Shown here in pieces: positions 10,079 through 18,327 of a DNA stretch of 64,000 bases. Every line of letters starts with the position of its first letter. Position 1 is the stretch's first letter. The stretch covers positions 1,267 to 65,266 of the forward strand of contig DATBMB010000056.1 in assembly GCA_036555035.1 (NCBI GenBank), written 5' to 3'. The position numbers and the translations under genes are program-made. This DNA is from Burkholderiales bacterium. Lineage in GTDB: Bacteria > Pseudomonadota > Gammaproteobacteria > Burkholderiales > SG8-41. The notes beneath the pieces were generated by a model. The model was not told where the DNA came from and searched no databases. It was given only the letters and a program-made list of their open reading frames with translations.

Positions 10079-11299
10079 TCAGAGGAAGAACTCGGCGGCA
10101 TCGATCGCTACGCTGCTTTTCTCGAGGGTGCGCTTGATGCGGTAGGGCATGTCGGGGCCCGCCTTGGGCTCCTTCACCAGGTCGAGGATCTTCTGGGGCC
10201 GCATCGGGTTGCCCTTGGCGTCGAGCACGATCATGACGCGCGGCTGCAGCCGCCGCACCAGGTTCTGGGCGATCACGATCCCGACCTCTCCCGTGTTGAG
10301 CTCGACGGCGGCACCCACCGGGTAGATCCCGATGCACTGGATCAGCTGCTGGACCAGCGAGCCGTCGAACTGCCTGTCGCGCCAGTCATAGAGCTTGGAG
10401 AGCGCGTTCGAGGGGGAAAGCGCCTCGGCGTAGGCGCGCGGGCGCGTGAGCGCGTCAAAACAGTCGATCAGCCCGGCGATCGAGCCGAACAAGCCGATCT
10501 CCGGCCCCCGCAGCCCCTCGGGATAGCCGCTACCGTCGTAGCGCTCATGGTGCAGCGCCGCGAGAGCGGGAAGCTCGATGGGAAGTCCCGCGGTCTCCTT
10601 CAGGATCGCCACCGAGTGCTCGACATGGGACTGGCAGATCCTCCGCTCTTCCTCGCTCAACGTCTCCTTCTTGTCGAGCAGCCCTGAGGGCATGCGCACC
10701 TTCCCGACATCGAGCAGCAATCCCAGCATGCCGAGCAGATCGAGCTGCTCGCGCGGCAGCTGCAGGAAGCGGCCGAAGGTGATCATGTAGACGGAGACGC
10801 CGAGCGCGCGATCCAATGTTAACTCGCCTTTCTCCTTCATCTTGGAGAGCAGCAGCATGGCGTCGGGATTGCGCACGACGCTGTCGGTCATGCTCGTCAC
10901 CGCCTCGCGCACGCGCGGCGCGTCGATCACCTGGCCAATCTTGACGGTGTTGAACACGTCCTTCATCACGACCTCGGCCCGGCCCTGGGCGGCGCGCGCC
11001 GCCGGCAGCTCGATGTCGACCGCGACCTTTTCCTCGTAGACGACCCGGCGCGTGATGCTCGCGAGCACGCTTTCGTGCTTTCGAAGCGGGCTGGTTTTCA
11101 GCTCGCTGCGATCGCGGAGGTCCGTGCTCTTCTCCGGATCGACGTAGACCTTCCTGCAGTATTTCTTGAGTGTATTGAGCTGCTCGTCGTTCTCGAGCAC
11201 GAAGCCCTGGAACACGAACGGGGTTTCGGTCCACGGACGGTCGAGCTCGGAGATGTACACTCCGAACTGCAGCTGCTCGACGGGGATTTCCTTCTTCAT
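10079..11299 (-). CDS. HD-GYP domain phosphodiesterase with a DUF3391-type N-terminus
   Basis: 406 aa. The N-terminus MKKEIPVEQLQFGVYISELDRPWTETPF is characteristic, and the HD-GYP core reads HVEHS...HHERYDGSGYPEGL. Confidence 0.9.
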   Translation of the reverse strand: MKKEIPVEQLQFGVYISELDRPWTETPFVFQGFVLENDEQLNTLKKYCRKVYVDPEKSTDLRDRSELKTSPLRKHESVLASITRRVVYEEKVAVDIELPAARAAQGRAEVVMKDVFNTVKIGQVIDAPRVREAVTSMTDSVVRNPDAMLLLSKMKEKGELTLDRALGVSVYMITFGRFLQLPREQLDLLGMLGLLLDVGKVRMPSGLLDKKETLSEEERRICQSHVEHSVAILKETAGLPIELPALAALHHERYDGSGYPEGLRGPEIGLFGSIAGLIDCFDALTRPRAYAEALSPSNALSKLYDWRDRQFDGSLVQQLIQCIGIYPVGAAVELNTGEVGIVIAQNLVRRLQPRVMIVLDAKGNPMRPQKILDLVKEPKAGPDMPYRIKRTLEKSSVAIDAAEFFL

Positions 11300-11395
11300 G
11301 GCGGCGCCGGTCCCGGCGGGAGCGTATCCCGCGACGGAAACAGGGGAATTTTCCGTCCTGCGGGGCCGGGGCGCAAGCGGCCGTGCGGCGGCGCG

Positions 11396-12163
11396 TCAGA
11401 ACTCGAAAACGTGATTATTGTGCAGCGGGCGCGGCCGCCGGTCCCCGGGGATCTCGTCGATCTCCTGCATCGTCAGCTCGATCTCGCTGGGCTTCAGATG
11501 CGTGATGTAGATTTCCGCCGGGCGCTTGAGCTTGGCGAGCTCGTCGGCGAGCATGGACGGGCACAGGTGCAGAGCGAGCTTGGCGAGCTCGTAGTCCTTG
11601 TCGGAGAAAGCGGTCTCGATGATGAGGTACTTGAGATTCTCGATCCGGTTCACCGCCGCCCACAGCGCGTCGTTCGGCCCGGTGTCGCCGGTGAAGACGA
11701 GGCTGCCTTTGCCGCTGTCGAGCTGGTAGCCGACCGCGGGCACGGTGTGGACCGCGGGCAGCACGGTGATCTTCCGTCCATTGAGCCCGATCGTCTTTCC
11801 CACTTCGACCTCCTGGTAGCGCAGCCAGGGCTGCTCGGGCGTCGGGATCACGGTGAAATCCGGCCAGATATCCCAGTTGAAAAGATTCTTCTTCAGGATC
11901 GCGATGGTGGCGGCCGTCGCGTACACCGTGACGGGCTTCGGCCGCAGCGCGCCGACCGAGTCGAGGAAGAACGCGATAGAGTTGACGTGATCGAGGTGGG
12001 AATGGGTGACAAAGATGTGGTCGATCAACGTCAGCTCGGCGAGCGAAAGATCGCCGACCCCGGTCCCGGCATCGATCAGCACGTCGTGATCGACCAGGAA
12101 GGAGGTCGTTCGATTCTGCTGCCCGCCGATGCTGCCCGAGCAGCCGAGCACACGCAGACGCAT
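11396..12163 (-). CDS. Class II 3',5'-cyclic-nucleotide phosphodiesterase (metallo-beta-lactamase fold)
   Basis: 255 aa starting MRLRVLGCSGSIGG. It carries the exact class II PDE signature HxHLDH (THSHLDHV). Confidence 0.8.
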   Translation of the reverse strand: MRLRVLGCSGSIGGQQNRTTSFLVDHDVLIDAGTGVGDLSLAELTLIDHIFVTHSHLDHVNSIAFFLDSVGALRPKPVTVYATAATIAILKKNLFNWDIWPDFTVIPTPEQPWLRYQEVEVGKTIGLNGRKITVLPAVHTVPAVGYQLDSGKGSLVFTGDTGPNDALWAAVNRIENLKYLIIETAFSDKDYELAKLALHLCPSMLADELAKLKRPAEIYITHLKPSEIELTMQEIDEIPGDRRPRPLHNNHVFEF

Positions 12164-12197
12164 CTTGCCTATCCCCTGTCTACTTCAAGCCGCCCCG

Positions 12198-12656
12198 CTA
12201 GCCCTTCAGCCGCCAGCGCTCGGCCGCGATGTCGTCGGACACGCGCGCCTCGACCCAGCGCTCGCCGCCGCCGGTTTGCTCCTTCTTCCAGAACGGCGCC
12301 CGGGTCTTCAAATAGTCCATGATGAACTCGCAGGCGGCGAAGGCGTCGCCCCGGTGCGCGCTCGCCACGACTACGAGGACGATTTGATCGGTTGGCTTCA
12401 ACCTGCCCACGCGATGGATCACCAGGGAATCGAGGATGTTCCAGCGTGCTTGAGCCTGGACCACGATCTCCTCGATCGCTTTTTCGGTCATGCCGGGATA
12501 GTGCTCGAGCGTCATCCCCGCGACCGTGCCACCCTCGTTGATATCGCGCACCACCCCGATGAAGCTCGCAACCGCCCCGATCCTCGGATTGCCGCGGCGC
12601 AGCGCGGCGATCTCGGCGCTGACGTCGAAGTCGGCGGTTTGGATGCGAACCGTCAT
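12198..12656 (-). CDS. moaE: Molybdopterin synthase catalytic subunit
   Basis: 152 aa, MTVRIQTADFDVSAEIAALR...ASFIGVVRD...LEHYPGMTEKAI...VIHRVGRLKPTDQIVLVVVASAHR, which is MoaE-like. It is adjacent to moaD. Confidence 0.92.
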   Translation of the reverse strand: MTVRIQTADFDVSAEIAALRRGNPRIGAVASFIGVVRDINEGGTVAGMTLEHYPGMTEKAIEEIVVQAQARWNILDSLVIHRVGRLKPTDQIVLVVVASAHRGDAFAACEFIMDYLKTRAPFWKKEQTGGGERWVEARVSDDIAAERWRLKG

Positions 12657-12684
12657 ACCACCCCCATCCTAACCTTCCCCATCT

Positions 12685-12939
12685 CTATCCGCCGGTGACC
12701 GGCGGGAAGAATGCCACTTCGTCGCCGTCGGCAACCGGCGTGTCCCCGTGGGCCACCGCCTGATTGACCGCGGCGCGCACCGGCCGGCTCGGCGCAAGCG
12801 CCTGCTCCCACTCGCCTCCTCGCCCCACCAGCAACGCGCGCAGTCCTTCGACGTCGCGGACGGCAGCAGGCAGCGCGATGCGCTCTGTGCCGGTGCCCAG
12901 CGTCTCGCGCAGCCTCGCGAAATAAAGCACTGTAATCAT
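12685..12939 (-). CDS. moaD: Molybdopterin synthase sulfur-carrier subunit
   Basis: MITVLYFARLRETLG...FFPPVTGG ends in the Gly-Gly typical of MoaD. I chose the ATG at 12939. An alternative ATG at 12975 overlaps the mobB stop. Confidence 0.88.
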   Translation of the reverse strand: MITVLYFARLRETLGTGTERIALPAAVRDVEGLRALLVGRGGEWEQALAPSRPVRAAVNQAVAHGDTPVADGDEVAFFPPVTGG

Positions 12940-12974
12940 ATGGTTAATTATGCGCTTCGGGGCCCGTTCTGTCA

Positions 12975-13469
12975 TCACGACAGTTCCAGGTGCTTCAGGA
13001 TGAACGACGAGACCGCCGGCGCGTCATCCAGATCGAACTGCGGCAGCTTCGTGTCGAGCCGCCGGTCGCTGGCAATCGCGACGATATCGTGATCCTGCGG
13101 GTGCAGAAGGGGCTCGCCGGTCGCGGCGCGATAGACCTCCAGCTTGGACACGCGCTCCCGCTTGAAGCCCTCGATCAGCACGAGGTCGCACGGCGAGAGG
13201 CGTTCGAGCAGCTCCGCAAATTTCGGCTCGGCGGCGCCGCGCAACTCGTGCACCAGCGCCCAGCGCCGCGACGAGCTCACCAGCACCTCGGTGCAGCCCG
13301 CGTGGCGGTGGCGGTATGAGTCCTTGCCCGGCTGGTCCACGTCGAAGGTGTGGTGCGCGTGCTTGACGAGCGAGACCTTCAGGCCGCGCGCAACGAAGAG
13401 CGGAATCAGCTTCTCGATCAGCGTCGTCTTGCCGCTGCCCGACCAGCCCGCGAATCCGAATATCTTCAT
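12975..13469 (-). CDS. mobB: Molybdopterin-guanine dinucleotide biosynthesis adapter protein
   Basis: MKIFGFAGWSGSGKTTLIEKLIP...VSLVKHAHHTFDVDQPGKDSYRHR. The ATG at 13469 is preceded by AGGAAG. Confidence 0.9.
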   Translation of the reverse strand: MKIFGFAGWSGSGKTTLIEKLIPLFVARGLKVSLVKHAHHTFDVDQPGKDSYRHRHAGCTEVLVSSSRRWALVHELRGAAEPKFAELLERLSPCDLVLIEGFKRERVSKLEVYRAATGEPLLHPQDHDIVAIASDRRLDTKLPQFDLDDAPAVSSFILKHLELS

Positions 13470-13479
13470 GCTTCCTATC

Positions 13480-14571
13480 CTACCTTCCGCCCAGGCGATC
13501 AAGGGATACCGCCTTGATCAAGGCATAGACATCGAGTCCCGGCCGCAGCGCCAGCAGCTGGGCAGCGCGGGCAGTGATGCGGGATCGCAGCAGCGCGGAC
13601 CCCACCGCGATCGATACATCCACGATGCCGTCGCGCGCGTCGCCCACCGCGGTAATCCTGCCCGGGAGCACGTTCTGGATGCTGATTCGGCGGGGTGCCT
13701 CGAGGGCGATCGAAACGTCCCGGGCGCGTACCCGCGCCCGCACGTGCTCCCCGACCAGCGCGTCGAGATTCGTGACCGTCAACGTGCCGCCATCGAAGCC
13801 GAGCGTCGCCAGTTCGTACTGCATATCGTGCGCGATGACTCTGGCATCGATCACCGCGCCGCCCTCGAACGCGCCGGTTGCTGCCCGCAGGTCGGGGCGT
13901 CCCATCACGTCTTCCACGCCGCCGGCGGCGACCACTTTCCCGGCGGACATCAGCACCACCGTGTCCGCGAGGCGCACGACTTCCTCCACGGCATGGCTGA
14001 CGTAGATCACCGGGATCCTGATCTCGTCGCGCATGAGCTCGATGTAGCGCAGGACCTCGTCCTTGCGCAGCGCGTCGAGCGACGCGAGCGGCTCGTCGAG
14101 CAGCAGCGCTCGCGGGCCGGACAGCAAGGCGCGCCCGAGCGCGACGCGTTGCCGCTCTCCGCCCGAAAGCGCGCCCGGACGCCGGTGCAGCAGGTCGCGC
14201 AACCCCAGCAGCTCGACGACGTGGTCGAATCCGCCCGGCGCCGTCTGGCCGCGATGAAATATCCGCGAGAACGTCAGGTTCTGGCGCACCGTCAGGTGGG
14301 GAAACAGCCGCCCTTCCTGAAACACGTATCCGAAACGCCGCTTGCTCGCCGCCACGTGCACGCTGCGCGCAGCGTCGAACAGCGTTTCTCCGTCCAGCTC
14401 GATGTGGCCGCCGCGAGGACGCAGCAGGCCCGCGATGGCATTGACCAGCGTCGTCTTGCCCGCGCCCGAGCGCCCGAAGAGCGCGGTCACGCCCCCTTCG
14501 CACGCAAATTGCGCCTCGAGGTGGAAGCCCCCGAGATCGTGCTCAACGGCGACCGAGAGCGTCATGACCAA
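13480..14571 (-). CDS. modC: Molybdate ABC transporter ATP-binding protein with a C-terminal TOBE domain
   Basis: It has Walker A GRSGAGKTT, the signature LSGGERQRV and a C-terminal TOBE-like region. It lies downstream of modB. Confidence 0.92.
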   Translation of the reverse strand: MVMTLSVAVEHDLGGFHLEAQFACEGGVTALFGRSGAGKTTLVNAIAGLLRPRGGHIELDGETLFDAARSVHVAASKRRFGYVFQEGRLFPHLTVRQNLTFSRIFHRGQTAPGGFDHVVELLGLRDLLHRRPGALSGGERQRVALGRALLSGPRALLLDEPLASLDALRKDEVLRYIELMRDEIRIPVIYVSHAVEEVVRLADTVVLMSAGKVVAAGGVEDVMGRPDLRAATGAFEGGAVIDARVIAHDMQYELATLGFDGGTLTVTNLDALVGEHVRARVRARDVSIALEAPRRISIQNVLPGRITAVGDARDGIVDVSIAVGSALLRSRITARAAQLLALRPGLDVYALIKAVSLDRLGGR

Positions 14572-15292
14572 GGGCGCGCCGGCTGGCGCGCCGCACCAGT
14601 GCTTCCGAAACGAGCAGTGCCGCGAACGAAAGGACTATCGAGATCACGCACAGGCGCAGCGCTGCATCATCACCGCCGGGCACCTGGGTCAGGGCGTAGA
14701 TTGCGAGGGGCAGCGTTTGAGTCTCCCCGGGAATATTCGAGACAAACGTGATCGTCGCGCCGAACTCTCCAAGGCTGCGCGCGAACGAGAGCAGAACGCC
14801 GGTCACGATCCCGGGCAGCGCCAGCGGGAGCGTGACCACTAGAAACGTCCCTGCGCGGCCCGCGCCAAGGGTCGCGGCCGCGGCCTCGAGCTTGGGGTCG
14901 ATCGCTTCCATCGAGATCCGCATGGCCCGCACCATCAGCGGGAAGCCCATCACCGCGCACGCGATCGCGGCCCCGCGCCAGTTGAATGCGACGACGATGC
15001 CGAACCACTGTTCGAGCCACGCCCCCACCGGGCCGCTGCGGCCGAGAAGGACCAGGAGGAAGTAGCCGACCACCACCGGCGGCAGCACCAGCGGCAGGTG
15101 CACGCAGGCGTCCACCAGGCTCTTGCCGGGGAAATCGTGGCGGGCAAGCAGATGGGAGATGGCGAGCGCGACGGGCAAACTGACCACCACGCTCCACAAC
15201 GCGACCTTGAGGCTCAACAGGATGATGTCGAGCTCGAGGGGTGTCGGTAGCGGCACGCTCAGCTCCCCGGCCGGAAGCCGTGCCTCTGCCAT
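14543..15292 (-). CDS. modB: Molybdate ABC transporter permease
   Basis: 249 aa polytopic protein with the CysT/ModB-type EAA region SFARSLGEFGATITFVSNIPGETQTLPLAIY. Confidence 0.92.
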   Translation of the reverse strand: MAEARLPAGELSVPLPTPLELDIILLSLKVALWSVVVSLPVALAISHLLARHDFPGKSLVDACVHLPLVLPPVVVGYFLLVLLGRSGPVGAWLEQWFGIVVAFNWRGAAIACAVMGFPLMVRAMRISMEAIDPKLEAAAATLGAGRAGTFLVVTLPLALPGIVTGVLLSFARSLGEFGATITFVSNIPGETQTLPLAIYALTQVPGGDDAALRLCVISIVLSFAALLVSEALVRRASRRALGHDALGRR

Positions 15293-16032
15293 ACGGCCAA
15301 TGCAGCCTGCGAGCGCAGGTAGTGCAGGTACTCGACGGCAATCTTCGAGCGGCTGCTCGCGACGACGGCGGCGGGATACACGATCTCCGGGTGCAGGGTG
15401 CGCGCAAACTCGCCGACGATCCGGACCCTGCGCTCCGCGAGCGCATCGGTGCGGTACACGATGCCGAAGGGCGTCTCCGCGCGGGCAACCAGCGCAAGCG
15501 CCGCGCGCACGTTTTCGGCGCGAGCGACCTTCGGCGCGACTTCACCCCACACGCCCAGGCCTTCAAGCGCCACCCGCCCGTACTTGCCCGCGGGCACGCT
15601 GTCGGGATCGGCCATTGCGAGACGCCGGTCGCCGAGCAGCGCCGCCAAAGGGAAGCTGCGGCCGATCGTCAGCTGCACCCGGCTATCGGCCGGAGCAATG
15701 AGCACGAGGCGGTTTGAAAGCAGATTCACCCTCGTCTCGATCCGGATCAATCCCCGCTTCGCCATGTAGTCCATCCAGTCGGTGTCGGCGGATATGAACA
15801 GGTCCGCCGGGGCCCCTTTCTCGATCTGACGCGCCAGCATCGGACTGCCCGCGTAGGAAACAGCGGCCTTGCCCCTGCCCTGCCGCTCGTATTTGCGTGC
15901 CAGCTCATCGAGCGCATCGCGCAGGCTCGCCGCCGCAAAGATCGTCACATCGGCTCGCGACTGCGCCGCTACCGGAGACGGCAGGACGACCGCTGCGAAT
16001 ACGAGCCAGGCTAGAAAGGACGCCCGGGTCAT
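15259..16032 (-). CDS. modA: Periplasmic molybdate-binding protein
   Basis: I chose the ATG at 16032, preceded by GGAGA. It gives signal peptide MTRASFLAWLVFAAVVLPSPVAAQ. ModA-like segments are TIFAAASL...ISADTDWMDY...VPAGKY. Confidence 0.9.
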   Translation of the reverse strand: MTRASFLAWLVFAAVVLPSPVAAQSRADVTIFAAASLRDALDELARKYERQGRGKAAVSYAGSPMLARQIEKGAPADLFISADTDWMDYMAKRGLIRIETRVNLLSNRLVLIAPADSRVQLTIGRSFPLAALLGDRRLAMADPDSVPAGKYGRVALEGLGVWGEVAPKVARAENVRAALALVARAETPFGIVYRTDALAERRVRIVGEFARTLHPEIVYPAAVVASSRSKIAVEYLHYLRSQAALAVWQRHGFRPGS

Positions 16033-16041
16033 GCATTCTCC

Positions 16042-16069
16042 ATCGCTATGTTTATTGGAATATAACGCA
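16042..16069. promoter_or_regulatory. Candidate ModE operator (Mo-box) directly upstream of modA
   Basis: ATCGCTATGTTTATTGGAATATAACGCA resembles the E. coli ModE operator as I recall it, ATCGCTATATA-N6/7-TATATAACGAT. Both outer arms (ATCGCTAT and ATATAACG) are present. Confidence 0.55.
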
Positions 16070-16106
16070 TTGCCGCGCAGCACCTCAACCGCGCAAATTC
16101 AGGGGG

Positions 16107-16478
16107 TTAGCGGGCGCCCCGGGCGACCGCCTGGCGTCTCAAAAGGCGGGTAATGAGCCGTAGATCCTTCGCGATCGCGGCCGAAGCCTTGTCTTCCATT
16201 TCACGGTAGCGCCGGATCAGCTGGCGCCCGAACGGGGTCACGCTGGCGCCGCCGCCACGCTTGCCGCCGGTAGCGGTCAGCACGACCGGCTGGCTGAAGC
16301 TCTCGTTGAGTGCGTCCACGAGCTGCCAGGCGCGCCGATACGACATGCCCATCGCGCGGGCGGCGCCCGAAATGGATCCCGTGGCATCGATCGCGGCAAC
16401 GAGCCGCGCCTTTCCGGGCCCCATCGCCGGGTGCTTGTCGGCAAGTATGCGAAGCGTCAGGCCCGGGTAGCGTGCCAT
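16107..16478 (-). CDS. ModE-family transcriptional regulator, N-terminal HTH domain only (no Mop/TOBE domains)
   Basis: 123 aa. GSISGAARAMGMSYRRAWQLVDALNESFSQPVVLTATGGKRGGGASVTPFGRQLI parallels the E. coli ModE N-terminal domain (GSISQGAKDAGISYKSAW...ATGGKGGGGAVLT). Confidence 0.8.
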   Translation of the reverse strand: MARYPGLTLRILADKHPAMGPGKARLVAAIDATGSISGAARAMGMSYRRAWQLVDALNESFSQPVVLTATGGKRGGGASVTPFGRQLIRRYREMEDKASAAIAKDLRLITRLLRRQAVARGAR

Positions 16479-16513
16479 GAAGAGCCTATCTCGATCTGCA
16501 TTCTACCCACGCT

Positions 16514-17314
16514 TCAGTGCCGCCCTCCAGAAAGCGCTCCCCCCGGGATGCAGACCGGCCGTTCCACGCCTTCGCCCACCGCCACGCGGACGACGGCAAC
16601 CTCCACGCCATAAATCTCCCTGAGGGTATCGGGAGTGATGGTTGCCGATGGCGCGCCGAGCCGTGCGAGGTGCCCGTCGTGCAGCATGGCCACGCGGTGC
16701 GCGCAGATGAACGCGTGGTCGGGGTCGTGCGTCGAGAGCAGCACGCCGATGCCGGACTGCGCCAGCGACTGGATGTGCTGCAGCACGCGCACCTGGTTTC
16801 CGAAATCGAGGTTGGCAGTGGGCTCGTCCATGACGATGATGCGGGCGTCCTGCGCCAGCGCGCGCGCGATCAGGGTGAGCTGGCGTTCGCCTCCCGAGAT
16901 ACGGGTGTAGACGGAATCGGCCAGGTGCCCGATCTGCATGCGCGATATCGCGGCCAGCGCCGCTTCGCGGTCGCGCCGCGAGGGCGACGAAAACACGCCC
17001 AGATGCGCCGTGCGCCCCATGAGCACGACCTCCTCCACCGTGAACGGGAAGAATGCCGCGTGGGCTTGCGGCACGTAGCTCACCAGCCGCGCGACCTCAT
17101 CGCGCGCGCGCGACCTCAGGTCCACGTCGTCGACCAGCACCGCTCCGCCCTGCGCGGGCAGCAGGCCCAGCATCGTCTTGAACAGCGTCGTCTTGCCGCT
17201 GCCGTTCGGGCCGAGAAGGCACAGCACCTCCCCCGCTTCCAGCGACAGCGATACGCCCGACCCCACCCGCTTGTCGCGGTAACCAAAGTCGAGCCGCTTC
17301 GCTTCGAGCCTCAT
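16514..17314 (-). CDS. ABC transporter ATP-binding protein, FecE/BtuD/MolC type
   Basis: It has Walker A GPNGSGKTT, the signature ISGGERQLTLIARAL and Walker B IIVMDEPT. I chose the ATG at 17314, which overlaps the permease stop (ATGA). Confidence 0.88.
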   Translation of the reverse strand: MRLEAKRLDFGYRDKRVGSGVSLSLEAGEVLCLLGPNGSGKTTLFKTMLGLLPAQGGAVLVDDVDLRSRARDEVARLVSYVPQAHAAFFPFTVEEVVLMGRTAHLGVFSSPSRRDREAALAAISRMQIGHLADSVYTRISGGERQLTLIARALAQDARIIVMDEPTANLDFGNQVRVLQHIQSLAQSGIGVLLSTHDPDHAFICAHRVAMLHDGHLARLGAPSATITPDTLREIYGVEVAVVRVAVGEGVERPVCIPGGALSGGRH

Positions 17315-18327
17315 TGCCAGCCCCTGCGCGCCGTCGCGAGCTGCCACAGGAAGAGCGGCGTGCCGACAAACGCGGTCAGCACCCCGAGCGGGATCTCGAT
17401 GCGCGCGACCGTCCGCGCCAGCGTGTCGACGCCCAGCAGGAAGCCGGCGCCCAGCAGGATCGAAGTCGGCAGCAGGCGGCTGAAATCCGGCCCCACCAGC
17501 AGGCGCGCGAAATGGGGAATCACGAGCCCGATCCAGCCGATGACGCCCGAGATCGCCACCGCCGCCGACGTCATCAGCGTTGCCGCAGCGATCACGACCA
17601 AGCGTATGCGTCCCGTTTCCACGCCGAGCGCCCGCGCTTCCTCGTCATCCAGGGACAACAGATTGATGCGCCAACGCAGCAGCCACATCGGGACCAGGCC
17701 GAGCAACATGAGCGGGAGCGTCGACCAGACGTCCTCCGGGCTGGCGGAAGCGAGGCTGCCGAGCAGCCAGAACGTGATCGCCGGCAGCTGGTTGTAGGGA
17801 TCGGCGAGGTATTTCATCAGCGCGACGCACGCGCCCAGGAGCGACCCCACGACGACGCCTGCAAGCACGAGGACCAGCAGCGGATCGTGCCCGCGCACGG
17901 CATTGGCGGTCACGTAGACCAGCCCGACTGCAGCCAGGCCGAACGCAAAGGCCAGGCTCTGGATCATGATCACGTTGAGCGACAGGAAGATGCCGAGCAC
18001 CGCGCCCACCGCGGCGCCTGCGGACACGCCGAGGATGTCCGGCGAGACGAGTGGATTGCGGAACATGTTCTGGTAGGCGGCGCCCGCGGCCGCCAATGCC
18101 GCGCCGATCAGCAGGGCCGCGGCAACCCGGGGGCCCCGGATTTTCATGACCACCGTCTCGATCGTGGGGTCGAGGCCGTGCTCGGCGCCGGTCAGGCGCG
18201 CCCAAAGGAGGCTTGCCAGGTCGCCCGCCGATACCGGGAAGCGGCCCACTGCGAAGGCCACCGCGACCAGCAGCAGGAGCGCGGCACAGGCGCCCAGCAG
18301 CGCAGCCGGAAGGCGCGCGGAGGTCAT
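17311..18327 (-). CDS. FecCD/BtuC/MolB-family type II ABC importer permease
   Basis: A polytopic protein with the typical FecCD C-terminus ...IEIPLGVLTAFVGTPLFLWQL. I chose the ATG at 18327, which overlaps the binding-protein stop (ATGA). Confidence 0.9.
   Translation of the reverse strand: MTSARLPAALLGACAALLLLVAVAFAVGRFPVSAGDLASLLWARLTGAEHGLDPTIETVVMKIRGPRVAAALLIGAALAAAGAAYQNMFRNPLVSPDILGVSAGAAVGAVLGIFLSLNVIMIQSLAFAFGLAAVGLVYVTANAVRGHDPLLVLVLAGVVVGSLLGACVALMKYLADPYNQLPAITFWLLGSLASASPEDVWSTLPLMLLGLVPMWLLRWRINLLSLDDEEARALGVETGRIRLVVIAAATLMTSAAVAISGVIGWIGLVIPHFARLLVGPDFSRLLPTSILLGAGFLLGVDTLARTVARIEIPLGVLTAFVGTPLFLWQLATARRGWQ

Noticed and set aside
11333-11357. Hairpin GACGGAAA-N9-TTTCCGTC between the class II PDE gene and the HD-GYP gene, considered as a terminator.
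   Set aside because: No U-tract follows on the transcribed (minus) strand and the stem is modest. I did not call it.
12940-12975. Longer moaD starting at the ATG at 12975, overlapping the mobB stop.
   Set aside because: MoaD proteins normally begin directly with the M-I-x-V-L-[FY]-F-A motif found at 12939. The 12-aa extension has no homology that I recognise. I keep it as an alternative start only.
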